A stretch of DNA of 64,000 nt, taken from positions 30,019 to 94,018 of the forward strand of contig JBBIOR010000003.1 in the NCBI GenBank assembly GCA_037443265.1, written 5' to 3'. How positions within the stretch are numbered: position 1 is the first letter of the stretch; each line of letters opens with the position of its first letter. The position numbers and the translations under genes were made by a program. The notes under the pieces are model-generated. The model ran no database searches. It was not told where the DNA came from and saw only the letters and a list, made by a program, of their open reading frames with translations. Below, piece after piece: positions 7,948 through 17,604 of the stretch. This DNA is from Candidatus Fraserbacteria bacterium. GTDB taxonomy: Bacteria; Bipolaricaulota; Bipolaricaulia; RBG-16-55-9.

Positions 7948-8523
7948 CAACTGCGTTATGGCAGTAAGGGTCGTCAAGGCGTTATCTCAAGCTGAGGCAG
8001 CCTATTTAGCTGGGCTTGTGGACGGCGAAGGTACTATCACCTTGACCCACATACATAAAGGAGCTAATAGGCAGCTGTCGGTTTCCATAGCCAACGCACA
8101 AGCTCTAGAGCTACTTCAGCAAATCGCGCCGTACCTCCGAACCTACAAGAGGTTACGCGCTGAGCTGGTGATAGAAAGATACAAAGCCTTGACGCCTAGA
8201 AACGGCAAATACTCCCCCGAGCTTCTGGCTGAACGGGAGAGATTCATAGCAGCTGTCCTTGCCATAACTCCGAAGGTCGCCCTGGGCAGTAATGCTCAGG
8301 TGAACACGGGGCTCACATCGGCGAAACCTGCTTGCCCACAAGGCAATGGCAACGCCGAGGGGTCGGAAGAGGGCTAACCTCAGGCCGGCCCTGTAGAGAC
8401 TTATAGGCCCGCCGAAGCTCAAGCTGGGTGGGTACTAGGAGCACGTCAACGTGCTAAGACGCCCCGCATCCCAGGAGGGATGAAGGCATAGTCCAGCCCA
8501 GTCCGAAAGGATTGGAACCGCTG
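7948..8523 (+). mobile_element. Group I intron (IA-like) in the tmRNA T-loop
   Basis: Exon ends in U and intron ends in G. P2 8281-8300 (GTAA loop), P3 CGGGGC/GCCCCG, P4 TCGGCG/CGCCGA, P7 GACTTA/TAGTC, P7.1, P7.2, P8 CATCCC/GGGATG, P9 with GAAA loop. Confidence 0.93.
7958..8377 (+). CDS. Intron-encoded single-motif LAGLIDADG homing endonuclease, probably internally deleted
   Basis: AAYLAGLVDGEGTITL motif. Starts in the intron P1 loop and reads on into the ribozyme core. Confidence 0.8.
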   Translation: MAVRVVKALSQAEAAYLAGLVDGEGTITLTHIHKGANRQLSVSIANAQALELLQQIAPYLRTYKRLRAELVIERYKALTPRNGKYSPELLAERERFIAAVLAITPKVALGSNAQVNTGLTSAKPACPQGNGNAEGSEEG

Positions 8524-8567
8524 TCCCGCCACCTCCACCAGATGTCGGACGTGAGAAGGATACTGCG

Positions 8568-9926
8568 ATGAAGACACTGAGTTGGGTTCCCATACTAGCT
8601 GTGGGATTTACTTTGGTCTTAAGCACTGCCCATCTCAGTCAGAGTCAAACCTCCCCAGGACCCATACATCTTCTCAGTGTCAAGGCCAGCATCAATCCCA
8701 TCACCAAAGATTATTTGATCAGTCACATTCAGCGTGCCCAACAGGAGGGGGCCTCTCTGGTGATCATCCAGCTGGATACGCCCGGAGGACTCGTCTCCTC
8801 TACCAAAGACATCGTGGATGCCATTCTCAATGCGAGGGTGCCCATTGTAGTCTGGGTCGGTCCGGCGGGTGCCTGGGCGGCCTCCGCCGGGACGTTCATC
8901 ACGATGTCGGCCCATGTGGCCGCGATGGCCCGCGGAGCCACCATCGGAGCGGCCCACCCTGTAAATATTGACGGCTCAGCCCCCAGCAAGGAGCGCCCCC
9001 CAGGGGAGCAGAGCAAAGACCAGCAAGAGCCCTCACAGGGGAGCGGAGATGCCGTCACGGAGAAGGTGACGAATTTTACGGCCGAGTGGGCGCGGGAGAT
9101 CGCCAAAGTCCGTGGCCGCGATCCCGACTGGGCCGAACAAGCTGTCCGCTCCAGTGTGACCGCTGGCTGGGAAGAGGCTCTCAATAAGAAGATCATCGAT
9201 CTGGTGGCGGACAGCAGGGAAGAACTCCTTGAAAAGCTCAACGGCTATGCGCTCCAGGATGGCCGGACGCTCACCACCGAGGGCTTGCCTGTCTTGAACA
9301 TGCCCATGAGCTGGCGCGAGCAGCTCCTCAACTATCTGGCCGATCCCAATCTCGTGTATATTCTTCTGCTCATTGGGATCTATGGCCTCATCTATGAGTT
9401 TTTGAGCCCCACGATCGGGCTCGGGTTCATCATCGGAGGCATCTCACTTCTTCTGGCGTTCTTGGGATTACAAGTCCTCCCCGTCAATCTTGTGGGGCTG
9501 GCCCTCATCTTCTTTGGCGTCCTGCTCATGATCCTAGATATCTTCACGCCGACTCACGGCATCCTGACGACCGGGGGAGTCGTTTCGCTCTTAGTGGGCT
9601 CCTTCACGCTCTTTGAGATTCCCGATCCCGCATGGCAGCTGTCGGTCTGGAACATTCTGGTGACGGTGGGGGCGGTGACGGGGCTCTTCCTCTTCTTCCT
9701 CAGCAAGGGGCTCTTGGCCCAGAGGCGCGTGCCGGTCACAGGCCTGGAGGGCATGATTGGGGCCCTAGGGATCGTCAAGGATGATTTGAACCCCAAAGGC
9801 CGGGTGCTGGTCAAGGGCGAGTACTGGTGGGCTCTTCCTGTGGACGGTCAGCCCATTTCTTCCGGAGCAGAAGTCATCGTCGAGCGGGTGGAGAACGGAC
9901 GACTGCTCGTGCGCCGGCGCTCGTAG
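8568..9926 (+). CDS. nfeD: NfeD-family membrane-bound ClpP-class serine protease
   Basis: LDTPGG, AASAG, IGAAHPV, a TM block, C-terminal OB domain (GRVLVKGEYW). Confidence 0.92.
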   Translation: MKTLSWVPILAVGFTLVLSTAHLSQSQTSPGPIHLLSVKASINPITKDYLISHIQRAQQEGASLVIIQLDTPGGLVSSTKDIVDAILNARVPIVVWVGPAGAWAASAGTFITMSAHVAAMARGATIGAAHPVNIDGSAPSKERPPGEQSKDQQEPSQGSGDAVTEKVTNFTAEWAREIAKVRGRDPDWAEQAVRSSVTAGWEEALNKKIIDLVADSREELLEKLNGYALQDGRTLTTEGLPVLNMPMSWREQLLNYLADPNLVYILLLIGIYGLIYEFLSPTIGLGFIIGGISLLLAFLGLQVLPVNLVGLALIFFGVLLMILDIFTPTHGILTTGGVVSLLVGSFTLFEIPDPAWQLSVWNILVTVGAVTGLFLFFLSKGLLAQRRVPVTGLEGMIGALGIVKDDLNPKGRVLVKGEYWWALPVDGQPISSGAEVIVERVENGRLLVRRRS

Positions 9927-9930
9927 GGCT

Positions 9931-11067
9931 CTACGCTTCAGCGACTCTTTCGGGTCGGATCTCTTCTGGGGCTACGAGCAGGGCGCGCTCGCTCTGCCGG
10001 TCAAAGAGCTGCACTTTCTCGGCGTTGACCACCAGGGGCAGCTCCTCTCCCACAGAGATCTCCAGGCCGGGGTTGAGTCTGGCCACAAGCTCAAAGCTGC
10101 CCAGATTGCCATAGACGATCAGCTCTGAGCCCAGGGGCTCAATGACCCTAACCGTCAGGGTGAGGCGAGGGGAGGGCTTGGCATCAGGTGGCTGTGCCTG
10201 AAGGTGCTCAGGTCGGATGCCCACGATGACCGCGCGCCCGATGTGATCGGAGAGTTGAGCCGCCCGCTCGGAGGGGATCTCAATCTGAAAGCCCTCGCCT
10301 TCGGCCCGTAGGCCGCGGTCGTCCTCGACGAGTCTGGCCTCTAAGAAATTCATCGCTGGGCTGCCGATGAAGCCGGCCACGAACACATTGGCCGGATGAT
10401 CATAGAGCCTCTGAGGGGTATCGACCTGCTGGAGCACGCCGTGATGGAGCACGGCCACCCGCTGGCCGAGCGTCATGGCCTCGACTTGATCATGGGTGAC
10501 GTAGATGGTAGTGGTCTTGAGCTTCCGGTGGAGCTCTTGCAGTTCCGCGCGCATGTGCACGCGCAATTTGGCATCGAGATTGGAGAGCGGCTCGTCAAAT
10601 AGAAAGACTTTGGGCTCGCGGACTATGGCTCGTCCGACGGCCACCCTCTGCCTCTGGCCTCCGGAGAGCTCCTTCGGCTTGTTCTGTAATTTATCCGCGA
10701 TTCCCAGTAGCTCCGCGGCTCTTCTGACCCGCCGATCAATCTCCCGACGGGGCACGCCTCGAAGCCTGAGCCCGAAGGCGATGTTGTCATAGACGTTCAT
10801 GTGGGGATAGAGGGCATAATTCTGGAAGACCATCGCGATATCTCGATCCTTGGGGGCTACGTCGTTCACGAGCGTGCCGTCAATCCAGATCTCGCCGGAG
10901 GTGACCTCTTCCAGGCCGGCGACCATGCGCAAGATGGTGGTCTTGCCGCAGCCGGAGGGCCCCACGAGCACAATAAGCTCTCCATCTTCGATCTCAAGAC
11001 TGACGCGATCGACAGCCAAAAGATCCCCGAAGCGCTTGGTGACGTCCTTGAGCACAACCTTGGCCAT
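9931..11067 (-). CDS. Sugar ABC transporter ATPase (MalK/MsmX/UgpC type)
   Basis: [28 protein letters not shown] tail. Confidence 0.96.
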   Translation of the reverse strand: MAKVVLKDVTKRFGDLLAVDRVSLEIEDGELIVLVGPSGCGKTTILRMVAGLEEVTSGEIWIDGTLVNDVAPKDRDIAMVFQNYALYPHMNVYDNIAFGLRLRGVPRREIDRRVRRAAELLGIADKLQNKPKELSGGQRQRVAVGRAIVREPKVFLFDEPLSNLDAKLRVHMRAELQELHRKLKTTTIYVTHDQVEAMTLGQRVAVLHHGVLQQVDTPQRLYDHPANVFVAGFIGSPAMNFLEARLVEDDRGLRAEGEGFQIEIPSERAAQLSDHIGRAVIVGIRPEHLQAQPPDAKPSPRLTLTVRVIEPLGSELIVYGNLGSFELVARLNPGLEISVGEELPLVVNAEKVQLFDRQSERALLVAPEEIRPERVAEA

Positions 11068-11092
11068 GGCTCCTCCAGAGCAATATATGCGT

Positions 11093-12964
11093 TTAGCCCC
11101 ATTCCGTCAAGAGGACCCTCGCCAGGACGAAGCCGCCTCCGGCGGCCCAGGCTTGAGGCCTACAAGCCCCTTCATAGGGGATGGGGCCTCTCCCCGCCTG
11201 CCGAGGGAAGCCGGCGAAGAGCTCCGGAAGCTGCCCATGGAACGCGCTGGCCGCCTCCAATAAGCCCTCGGCGATCCTTCGGGCCTCCCTGCGGAAGCCC
11301 CACTTAAGGAGCCCCAGCAGGATCAAGGCGTTGTCATGCGGCCAGATGCTGCCGTTATGATAGCTCTTGGGATCGTAGGCCAGGCAAGAGGTGGACATCG
11401 TCCGGACCCCATAGCCGCTGAAGAGCTCCGGGGAGAGCAACCTCTGCACCACGGAGGCGATCTTCTCCTCGGCGATGATGCCCGTCAGCAGCCCGTGACC
11501 CGGGTTGGAGGTGATCGCATCCACGGGCTCCGGTCCCTGGGGCCCTCTGGCCAAGGCCAGAGCGAAATAGCCCTCTTCCTTAAGCCAGAAGGCTTGATTG
11601 AACCGGCGCTTAAGCCTGGTGGCTTCCCGCTCGAGCCGCTCGGCTTCCCTTTCGTCTCCCAGCCGCCTCTTCAGCCGGGCCCCCTCCACGAGTGCCGCAT
11701 AGGCGTACCCCTGGACCTCTACTAGGGCTACGGGTCGGCCGCAGATCGGGCGACCGTCTTGGAAGCAGATGGCATCGCGGGAGTCCTTCCAACCCTGATT
11801 CTCCAGGCCCCCTTCGGCTCTTCTCTGATAGTAGATGAAGCCCTCCCCTTCGCGCAGCGTCCGCTCTATCCAGCCTAAGGCCAAAGCCAGCTTCTGCTCC
11901 ATGAGCTTAAGGAAGGCCCAATCGCCGGACTCTTTTAAGTATTGCCCGAGGAGGAAGACGAACAGGGGGGTGGTATCGACGCTGCCGTAGTAGGGATCGA
12001 AGGGGACTCTTCCCAGGTTGGCCAGCTCGCCCACCCTAAGCTCATGGGGGATCTTGCCCGCTTCGGCGTCGCGGGTGGGATCGTCCTGGGTGGCTTGCAG
12101 CCGGCCCAAGATCGCCAGAGTTCCGCGGGCCAGTTCCGGCAGGAAGGGCAGGATCTCCAGGGCCGTGATGAGGCTATCGCGGCCAAAGAGGGCCACAAAC
12201 CAGGGCCGGCCCGCGGAAGCGATCGGCCCCGGCTTGAAGTGCCACATCAGCGATTCCAAATCCCGCCGGGCCTGCTCGATCAGCTGGGCCAGCCGGGGCT
12301 CTCTTACGGGCGGCAGCCGCCAGGGGAGCGGCTCTGGGTCCTGCTCCTCTTGGAGGAGCTCGAGGGTTTTCACTGGGCGGCGCGGCTCAAACTCGACTGT
12401 GGCCTCGAGGAGCAACGGCAACCTCTCCCCCGGCTCAAGGGCCATCGGCAAGACGAGACAGCAGCCCCTTTCGTCGCCTTGGATGCGCAGGCCGGGACTA
12501 AAGCGGAGCCGGACCTCGCGCCGGATGCCGTCTTGCCCCTCATAACGGAAGAGGAGACCCCCCTCGAGCCTCTCCTGGGTGATCACCCGCCTTAGAGGCT
12601 CTATCCCCCGCACTTCGAAGACGTCCTCGAAGGAAGCCCCAAGTTCCACCTCCAACTCGTCCGAAAGCGGTCGCCCAGCGCGATTCTCCACGAGCAGAGA
12701 GACCCTCAGCTCACGCGCTCCAAGGGCCAGCTCCTTGCGTAAAAAGAGCCCACCGTCGGGGGATGCCACCCCCTCGTAGACGAGCTTGCCCTCTTCCGGC
12801 CGTCTGCTCACTATGACTATCGGGTGATGGCGCAGGCGCACCCGCAGGATGAACAGAACGCGGGTGTCCCAGAAGTAGAGTCCGCTGCCAGAAGAGCTCG
12901 TCCCGTCCAGATCACCCTGGGGGGTGAAGACGGCAAAGAGGCTGCCACGCTGGAGGCTATCCAT
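11093..12964 (-). CDS. Amylo-alpha-1,6-glucosidase / GDE-family hydrolase (cytoplasmic)
   Basis: [48 protein letters not shown]. Confidence 0.9.
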   Translation of the reverse strand: MDSLQRGSLFAVFTPQGDLDGTSSSGSGLYFWDTRVLFILRVRLRHHPIVIVSRRPEEGKLVYEGVASPDGGLFLRKELALGARELRVSLLVENRAGRPLSDELEVELGASFEDVFEVRGIEPLRRVITQERLEGGLLFRYEGQDGIRREVRLRFSPGLRIQGDERGCCLVLPMALEPGERLPLLLEATVEFEPRRPVKTLELLQEEQDPEPLPWRLPPVREPRLAQLIEQARRDLESLMWHFKPGPIASAGRPWFVALFGRDSLITALEILPFLPELARGTLAILGRLQATQDDPTRDAEAGKIPHELRVGELANLGRVPFDPYYGSVDTTPLFVFLLGQYLKESGDWAFLKLMEQKLALALGWIERTLREGEGFIYYQRRAEGGLENQGWKDSRDAICFQDGRPICGRPVALVEVQGYAYAALVEGARLKRRLGDEREAERLEREATRLKRRFNQAFWLKEEGYFALALARGPQGPEPVDAITSNPGHGLLTGIIAEEKIASVVQRLLSPELFSGYGVRTMSTSCLAYDPKSYHNGSIWPHDNALILLGLLKWGFRREARRIAEGLLEAASAFHGQLPELFAGFPRQAGRGPIPYEGACRPQAWAAGGGFVLARVLLTEWG

Positions 12965-13979
12965 CGGGGCTTCGGGTGCTTTGGCGTACGATCAGCTGGG
13001 TGGGCAGGACGCTGCGGATGGGCTCGGAGTCGGGAGACTCCACCTGCCCGATGAGGGCCCGGGCCGCCTCCTGCCCGATCTGGAAGATGGGCTGGCGGAC
13101 TGTGGTCAGGGGCGGGTCGAAGTACTGTGCCCATGGGACATCGTCGAAGCCTATTATTGAGGCTTCTCGTCCGACCTCGAGCCCCAGCTGCTTGAGCGCA
13201 CAGCTGGCCCCAAAGGCCTGCAGGTCGCTGGCGGCCAGCAGGCCGAAGTCGCTCCCTGCCCGCTTGAGGATCTCTTGGGCTGAGGCAAAGCCCGCTTCGA
13301 CCGTGAACGGGCCGTAGACGATCCCGGCCGGGGAAAGGCCCGCCTCCTTAAGGGCCCGCCGGAAGCCCTGCTCGCGGCTCTGCGAGACCCAGTGCTCCTG
13401 GGGCCCATTCACCAGGAAGATCTCCTCATGGCCCAGCTCAATAAGATACTTCGTGGCTTGATAGGCTCCGCTCTCGTTGTCCGAATCGACGAAGCTGACC
13501 GAGGGTGCCTTGGGGTCTTGGCCCACCAGAGCGAAGGGGATCCCGGCCTCCTTAAGCCAGAGGACCCGCTCGTCGCCTACCCGCACATCCAGCACGAGTA
13601 GCCCATCGACGGCCCCGTAGAGCAGCCCGTGGTACACCTCGGAGGAGGAGCGCTCCTCACTAGTAGTGGAGAGGATCAGGCGATAGCTGCGCCTATTGGC
13701 ATATTCTCCCATGCCGCGGATCAGCTCCGCAAAGTACGGCGAAGAGAAGAGATAATCGGCCGTATGGGGGATGATCACGCCCAGGTTGTTCGTCTTCTTG
13801 AGGCTCAGCGAGCGGGCCAGCGCGTGCGGAGTGAAGCCATAGCGCTCGATGATCTGTTGGATTCGGCGGCGGGTCTGCTCGTTCACGTCCCTTTTGCCGT
13901 TGAGCACCCGCGAGACGGTGGCCGTGGATACCCCGGCTAACTCCGCGATCTCCACAATCGTCAGCCTCTGCATGTGCAT
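12957..13979 (-). CDS. LacI-family transcriptional regulator
   Basis: TIVEIAELAGVSTATVSRVLN HTH, IGFDD, PPLTTVRQP. Start reassigned downstream of a TTGAAG-17-TATAAT promoter (14042-14014). Confidence 0.93.
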   Translation of the reverse strand: MHMQRLTIVEIAELAGVSTATVSRVLNGKRDVNEQTRRRIQQIIERYGFTPHALARSLSLKKTNNLGVIIPHTADYLFSSPYFAELIRGMGEYANRRSYRLILSTTSEERSSSEVYHGLLYGAVDGLLVLDVRVGDERVLWLKEAGIPFALVGQDPKAPSVSFVDSDNESGAYQATKYLIELGHEEIFLVNGPQEHWVSQSREQGFRRALKEAGLSPAGIVYGPFTVEAGFASAQEILKRAGSDFGLLAASDLQAFGASCALKQLGLEVGREASIIGFDDVPWAQYFDPPLTTVRQPIFQIGQEAARALIGQVESPDSEPIRSVLPTQLIVRQSTRSPDG

Positions 13980-14038
13980 GAGCCCCCTGTGGAAGCGATT
14001 ACGATTGGGGCGTATTATAGAGCCCTTGATTCCCTCCT

Positions 14039-16189
14039 TCAACCCGCCAGCGGAAGCTCTCGGCTCTCAGAGGGCTCCAGCACGATCTCCCCCTCCGAAA
14101 GCTCCACGATGAGGGGTCCGGGCCCTTCCAGATGGGAGAGGCCTAGCAAAAGAGTCAACCCGCTCCTCCTCAGGCTCAAAGAGAGCTGGTGAGTTCCGAT
14201 TCTAAGTCCTTCAAGGCCCATATGGGTCCACGACGGCGGTAGCTGGGGGGCCAGCCGCAGGCGATCGGGATGCGCGCTCGGCCGAAGGCCCCACAGCCCC
14301 TCGATGAGCCCACGCACGAATATCGCGCCAGACCAGAGCTGCATCAGGTCTCCGCCGTCGGGGATGAGTTCTGAATAAGCCCCGAGCAGCCCCTGCCGGA
14401 GCGTCGCACTTATGTTGCGCAAGAGGCGCAGGCCCATCTCCACTCTTCCGTAGTTGAACTCCGCGAGGGCCAAAATTCCGGTGGGCAGAGTCCAGACCCG
14501 CTCATCCCCTCCTCGGGTGTGCACTAAGCCCCACGGGCTGAGCCACTCTTGCTCGATGCGAGCGAGCGCCCGCCGGCCCTTCTCCGGGTCCGCGATGCCT
14601 ACCTCCATGGGCACGGCCACCGTCCAATGGCCCGAAAGCCGCGGCGTATTATCTATTAAAAGCGAGTCGGCAAAGAGCCCTTCCTCTTCGAGCCACCAGT
14701 CGCGGCCCAGGCCCGCTCGCAGCCGCTGGGCCAGCTCTTGAGCCCGGGCGATCTCTTGGGGCGGGCGAGCTAAGGCCTCGGCCATCTCAGCTAGATCCAA
14801 GAGGGCTCGATAGAGATAGCAGGTGACGTCCAACTTCTCCGGGCCCATGCCCGCTCGCTCGACCATCCCCTCCCCCTCGGGATAGAGATCCCCATCGGCG
14901 TCCCAAAGCCCCAGCAAGAACTCGAAGATCCCCTGCTGCAAGAGGGGATAGATCTCTTCGAGAAAGGTGCGATCTTTGCTCCAGCGGAAGTACTCGAAGC
15001 AGGCCATCACAAACTGGGCCGTCTCGTTGGCGTTGCCTGGATGGACGATCCAGCCGCCGGTGGAGATCTCATGAGGCACGCGTCCGCGCTGCTGCCGGAC
15101 GAAGCGGGCCAGAAGGAGCAGGGCGTCGCGGGCCTCCGGCCACAGCCCCACGGCCATAAGACCCGGCACGGAATAACAGAGATCGTTCCCGAAGAGCTGG
15201 ACGTACTCGGGAACTCCGGCAAATAAATATCTTCCCAGGGTGGGGGGATGGGCGACGAGCGCTTTCAGATTGGCCTTGGCGCACCAGAAGGCCTCTGGCC
15301 AGAGGCCTTCGGAAGAGTGGAATTGTACTCCGCCGAAGACGTATTCCTCGAAGGTCTTGCGCCTTGCGGCGAGGCGCTCTTCGGCCACAGGCAGAAGGGC
15401 GGAGAAGCCTTCTGCGGCGGACTCCGAGGCGCCCTCATGGGCGGCCAGGATGAGGAAGCGCAGGGTCTTTGTCCCATGCGACTCCAGTGTGAGGTCATAT
15501 TCGAGCGTGCCCAGAGCTTCCTCGATGTGGGCGCGCTGCGGCAGAAGCTCGGCTCCGGCAGCTAGGCCGAAGCGCTCGCGCGTGCTGCCCAGCGGGTGGG
15601 CCAACAAGAGCCCCTCTCGTAAGAGCAGCTCGTCTTTGCCGTCGGGCAGCTGCGAGCGCCACGCCGGCCTAAGATCTACAGCCAGCCGCCAGCGCAGCGT
15701 AAGCCTCCTGGGCCGCGGGCTCAGGTTCTCTAGCATGATCTTCAAAAAGAGTGCGGGCTCTTCTTCGAAGACGGCCTCCTCTTTGGTGATGCGAAGAGCG
15801 CGCCGCTCGAACTGCCACCTGGCCCGCAGGAAGTCGTGCTCAAACGAGAGCGCGTCGAGAAGCGCCCAGACTTCCTGATCCTCCTCGACCTCAAAGGAGA
15901 AGCCGTCCAGGAACTTGAGGGGATGGGCCCAGACGCCTCCCATCTCCCCCGGGATGTGCCAGCCGATAGGCGAAGAATCTCCGCCCATCTCGGCGACTTC
16001 ATAAAGCTTGGGCCCCCCTAGGAAGAAGAGGGTCTTCGGATCGCTCATCCTTTCCCAGTGGAGCCGTCCGAGCGACAGCCTCTGCGTCAGGTGCCTTTGT
16101 TCTGGCTGCGAGAGGGAGCCTCCTTTGCGAGACATCCAGGCGGCCGCGGCCGTCAGGCCCAGCCCATATAGAAAATTTCGACGAGTCAT
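14039..16189 (-). CDS. Tat-exported GDE-like six-hairpin glycoside hydrolase
   Basis: MTRRNFLYGLG twin-arginine signal; AGVPEYVQLFGND, GRVPHE, PEGEGMVE. Confidence 0.8.
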   Translation of the reverse strand: MTRRNFLYGLGLTAAAAWMSRKGGSLSQPEQRHLTQRLSLGRLHWERMSDPKTLFFLGGPKLYEVAEMGGDSSPIGWHIPGEMGGVWAHPLKFLDGFSFEVEEDQEVWALLDALSFEHDFLRARWQFERRALRITKEEAVFEEEPALFLKIMLENLSPRPRRLTLRWRLAVDLRPAWRSQLPDGKDELLLREGLLLAHPLGSTRERFGLAAGAELLPQRAHIEEALGTLEYDLTLESHGTKTLRFLILAAHEGASESAAEGFSALLPVAEERLAARRKTFEEYVFGGVQFHSSEGLWPEAFWCAKANLKALVAHPPTLGRYLFAGVPEYVQLFGNDLCYSVPGLMAVGLWPEARDALLLLARFVRQQRGRVPHEISTGGWIVHPGNANETAQFVMACFEYFRWSKDRTFLEEIYPLLQQGIFEFLLGLWDADGDLYPEGEGMVERAGMGPEKLDVTCYLYRALLDLAEMAEALARPPQEIARAQELAQRLRAGLGRDWWLEEEGLFADSLLIDNTPRLSGHWTVAVPMEVGIADPEKGRRALARIEQEWLSPWGLVHTRGGDERVWTLPTGILALAEFNYGRVEMGLRLLRNISATLRQGLLGAYSELIPDGGDLMQLWSGAIFVRGLIEGLWGLRPSAHPDRLRLAPQLPPSWTHMGLEGLRIGTHQLSLSLRRSGLTLLLGLSHLEGPGPLIVELSEGEIVLEPSESRELPLAG

Positions 16190-16206
16190 CGCGCACAGCC
16201 TCCTCT

Positions 16207-17604
16207 TCAACCCCGGATACCGGTGAGTTTGATCCCCTCGATGAAGTAGCGCTGGAAGATGAGGAAGACGACCAGCACGGGGATGGCGGCCATAACCGCC
16301 CCGGCCAAGATGAGATTCCAGTTGGTGCCGGCCTGCGCGCCGTAGTACTGCAAAAGATTCATCAGGCCTATGGGCAGGGTGAACATCTCCTGACTGCGCA
16401 GCACGATCAGCGGCCAGAAGAGCTCGTTCCAGGCGCCGTGGAAGGTGAGGATCGCCAGAGCCCCGAAGGCCGGCAGCGACAAGGGCAAGACGATGCGGGC
16501 ATAGATCTGGAAGGTGCTCGCCCCGTCTATGCGCGCTGCCTCTTCCAGCTCGCGCGGAATGGACTCGAAGAACTGCTTGAGCAGAAAGACGGCGGAGATG
16601 CCTACCAAGCCCGGCAGGAAGACCCCGGCGTAAGTGTTAATGAGCGTCTCGGTCCCAAAGAGTCGGGAGATGCCAAAGAGCCCATCGCGCAGCAAGAGGA
16701 AGTTGGAGATCATCGTCACCTGGCCGGGCACCATCATGGTGAAGATGGAGGACAAAAACAAGAGGTTGCGGCCGGGGAAGCGCAGGCGGGCCAGGGCATA
16801 TCCGGCCAGGCTCGCCAGAGCCAGCGTCAGGATCACCCTGAGGGCGGCGAGGAAGAAGGAGTTGGTCACCCAGCGGGCGAAGAGGGGCTTATCCCCCGGA
16901 CCGCGGTAGGCCGTCCAGACTCTTAGATAGTTCTCGAAGAGGTAGCCGAGCACCCCAGGGGTGATGTCCTGCCAGGTGAGGACCGTCTCGGAGACGCGGG
17001 GGCTGATTAGAGCCGGCCAGAGGGTGGCCCCTGCCAGCTGCCAGCCGGCGGGGACTCGGACGGCCAGGCGGACGCGGTCGTGGAAGAGCCGCCCGGCGTG
17101 GCTGAGCCGGACCTCGTAGACGCGCTCCTGAATGCTGCTCCGCTCCTCCAGTAGGGCGACGGAGGCCTGGATGTCCGGCCGCGGATCGGTGGTCATGCCG
17201 GCGGCCGGGGGCAGGAGCATCACCGTGGGGGCTTCCTCTGGGGCGCGGTTGTTGGCAGCATAAGAGGCCGTGCGGAAGACGAGTGTGAAGCGCACGGTGC
17301 GGCCGGCGGAGAAGCCGCCCAGCCAGCCATCTCCACTGCCCTGGCGCCCCAGCTGCCAGGCCCCCACCCAGTTGTGCGGCCGGAACTTCTGGGGATAGAA
17401 CTCCGGCGGCCAGGTGAGCGCGTCCTCGCGAAACGAGGAGAGGAAGGCATATAGTAGCGGGCCGATCATCACGAGCGCCAAGGCACTCAGCAGGGCGTAT
17501 ATGAGCAGCAGGCGTGTGCGTCGCCGCCTCCTCACCCAGGCCGCACTCACAAGATAGATCCGGCTACGGAAGGGCACCCCTACCGGCTTCTCTCTGCTGC
17601 TCAT
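16207..17604 (-). CDS. Carbohydrate ABC permease (MalG-like) with inserted extracytoplasmic domain
   Basis: EAA motif ELEEAARIDGA. Start MSSREKP overlaps the upstream stop codon. Confidence 0.9.
   Translation of the reverse strand: MSSREKPVGVPFRSRIYLVSAAWVRRRRRTRLLLIYALLSALALVMIGPLLYAFLSSFREDALTWPPEFYPQKFRPHNWVGAWQLGRQGSGDGWLGGFSAGRTVRFTLVFRTASYAANNRAPEEAPTVMLLPPAAGMTTDPRPDIQASVALLEERSSIQERVYEVRLSHAGRLFHDRVRLAVRVPAGWQLAGATLWPALISPRVSETVLTWQDITPGVLGYLFENYLRVWTAYRGPGDKPLFARWVTNSFFLAALRVILTLALASLAGYALARLRFPGRNLLFLSSIFTMMVPGQVTMISNFLLLRDGLFGISRLFGTETLINTYAGVFLPGLVGISAVFLLKQFFESIPRELEEAARIDGASTFQIYARIVLPLSLPAFGALAILTFHGAWNELFWPLIVLRSQEMFTLPIGLMNLLQYYGAQAGTNWNLILAGAVMAAIPVLVVFLIFQRYFIEGIKLTGIRG

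Larger units (their letters stand above)
7605..8540 (+). ncRNA. ssrA: tmRNA, intron-interrupted (exons 7605-7947 and 8524-8540; spliced length 360 nt)
   Basis: 5' GGGGGTGAATGGATTCGAC; tag ORF 7697-7735. The T-arm GCGGG-TTCGAT|T-CCCGC and acceptor CACCTCC-ACCA (G3:U70) form only after removing 7948-8523. Confidence 0.95.

Noticed and set aside
7948..8523. Integrated element (attL/attR) or permuted two-piece tmRNA
   Set aside because: There is no duplicated tmRNA 3' end and no integrase. Exon order is normal and the insert has a complete group I core.
8568..9926. nfeD without an adjacent stomatin/SPFH partner as a novel system
   Set aside because: The partner may be elsewhere in the genome; its absence here is not informative.
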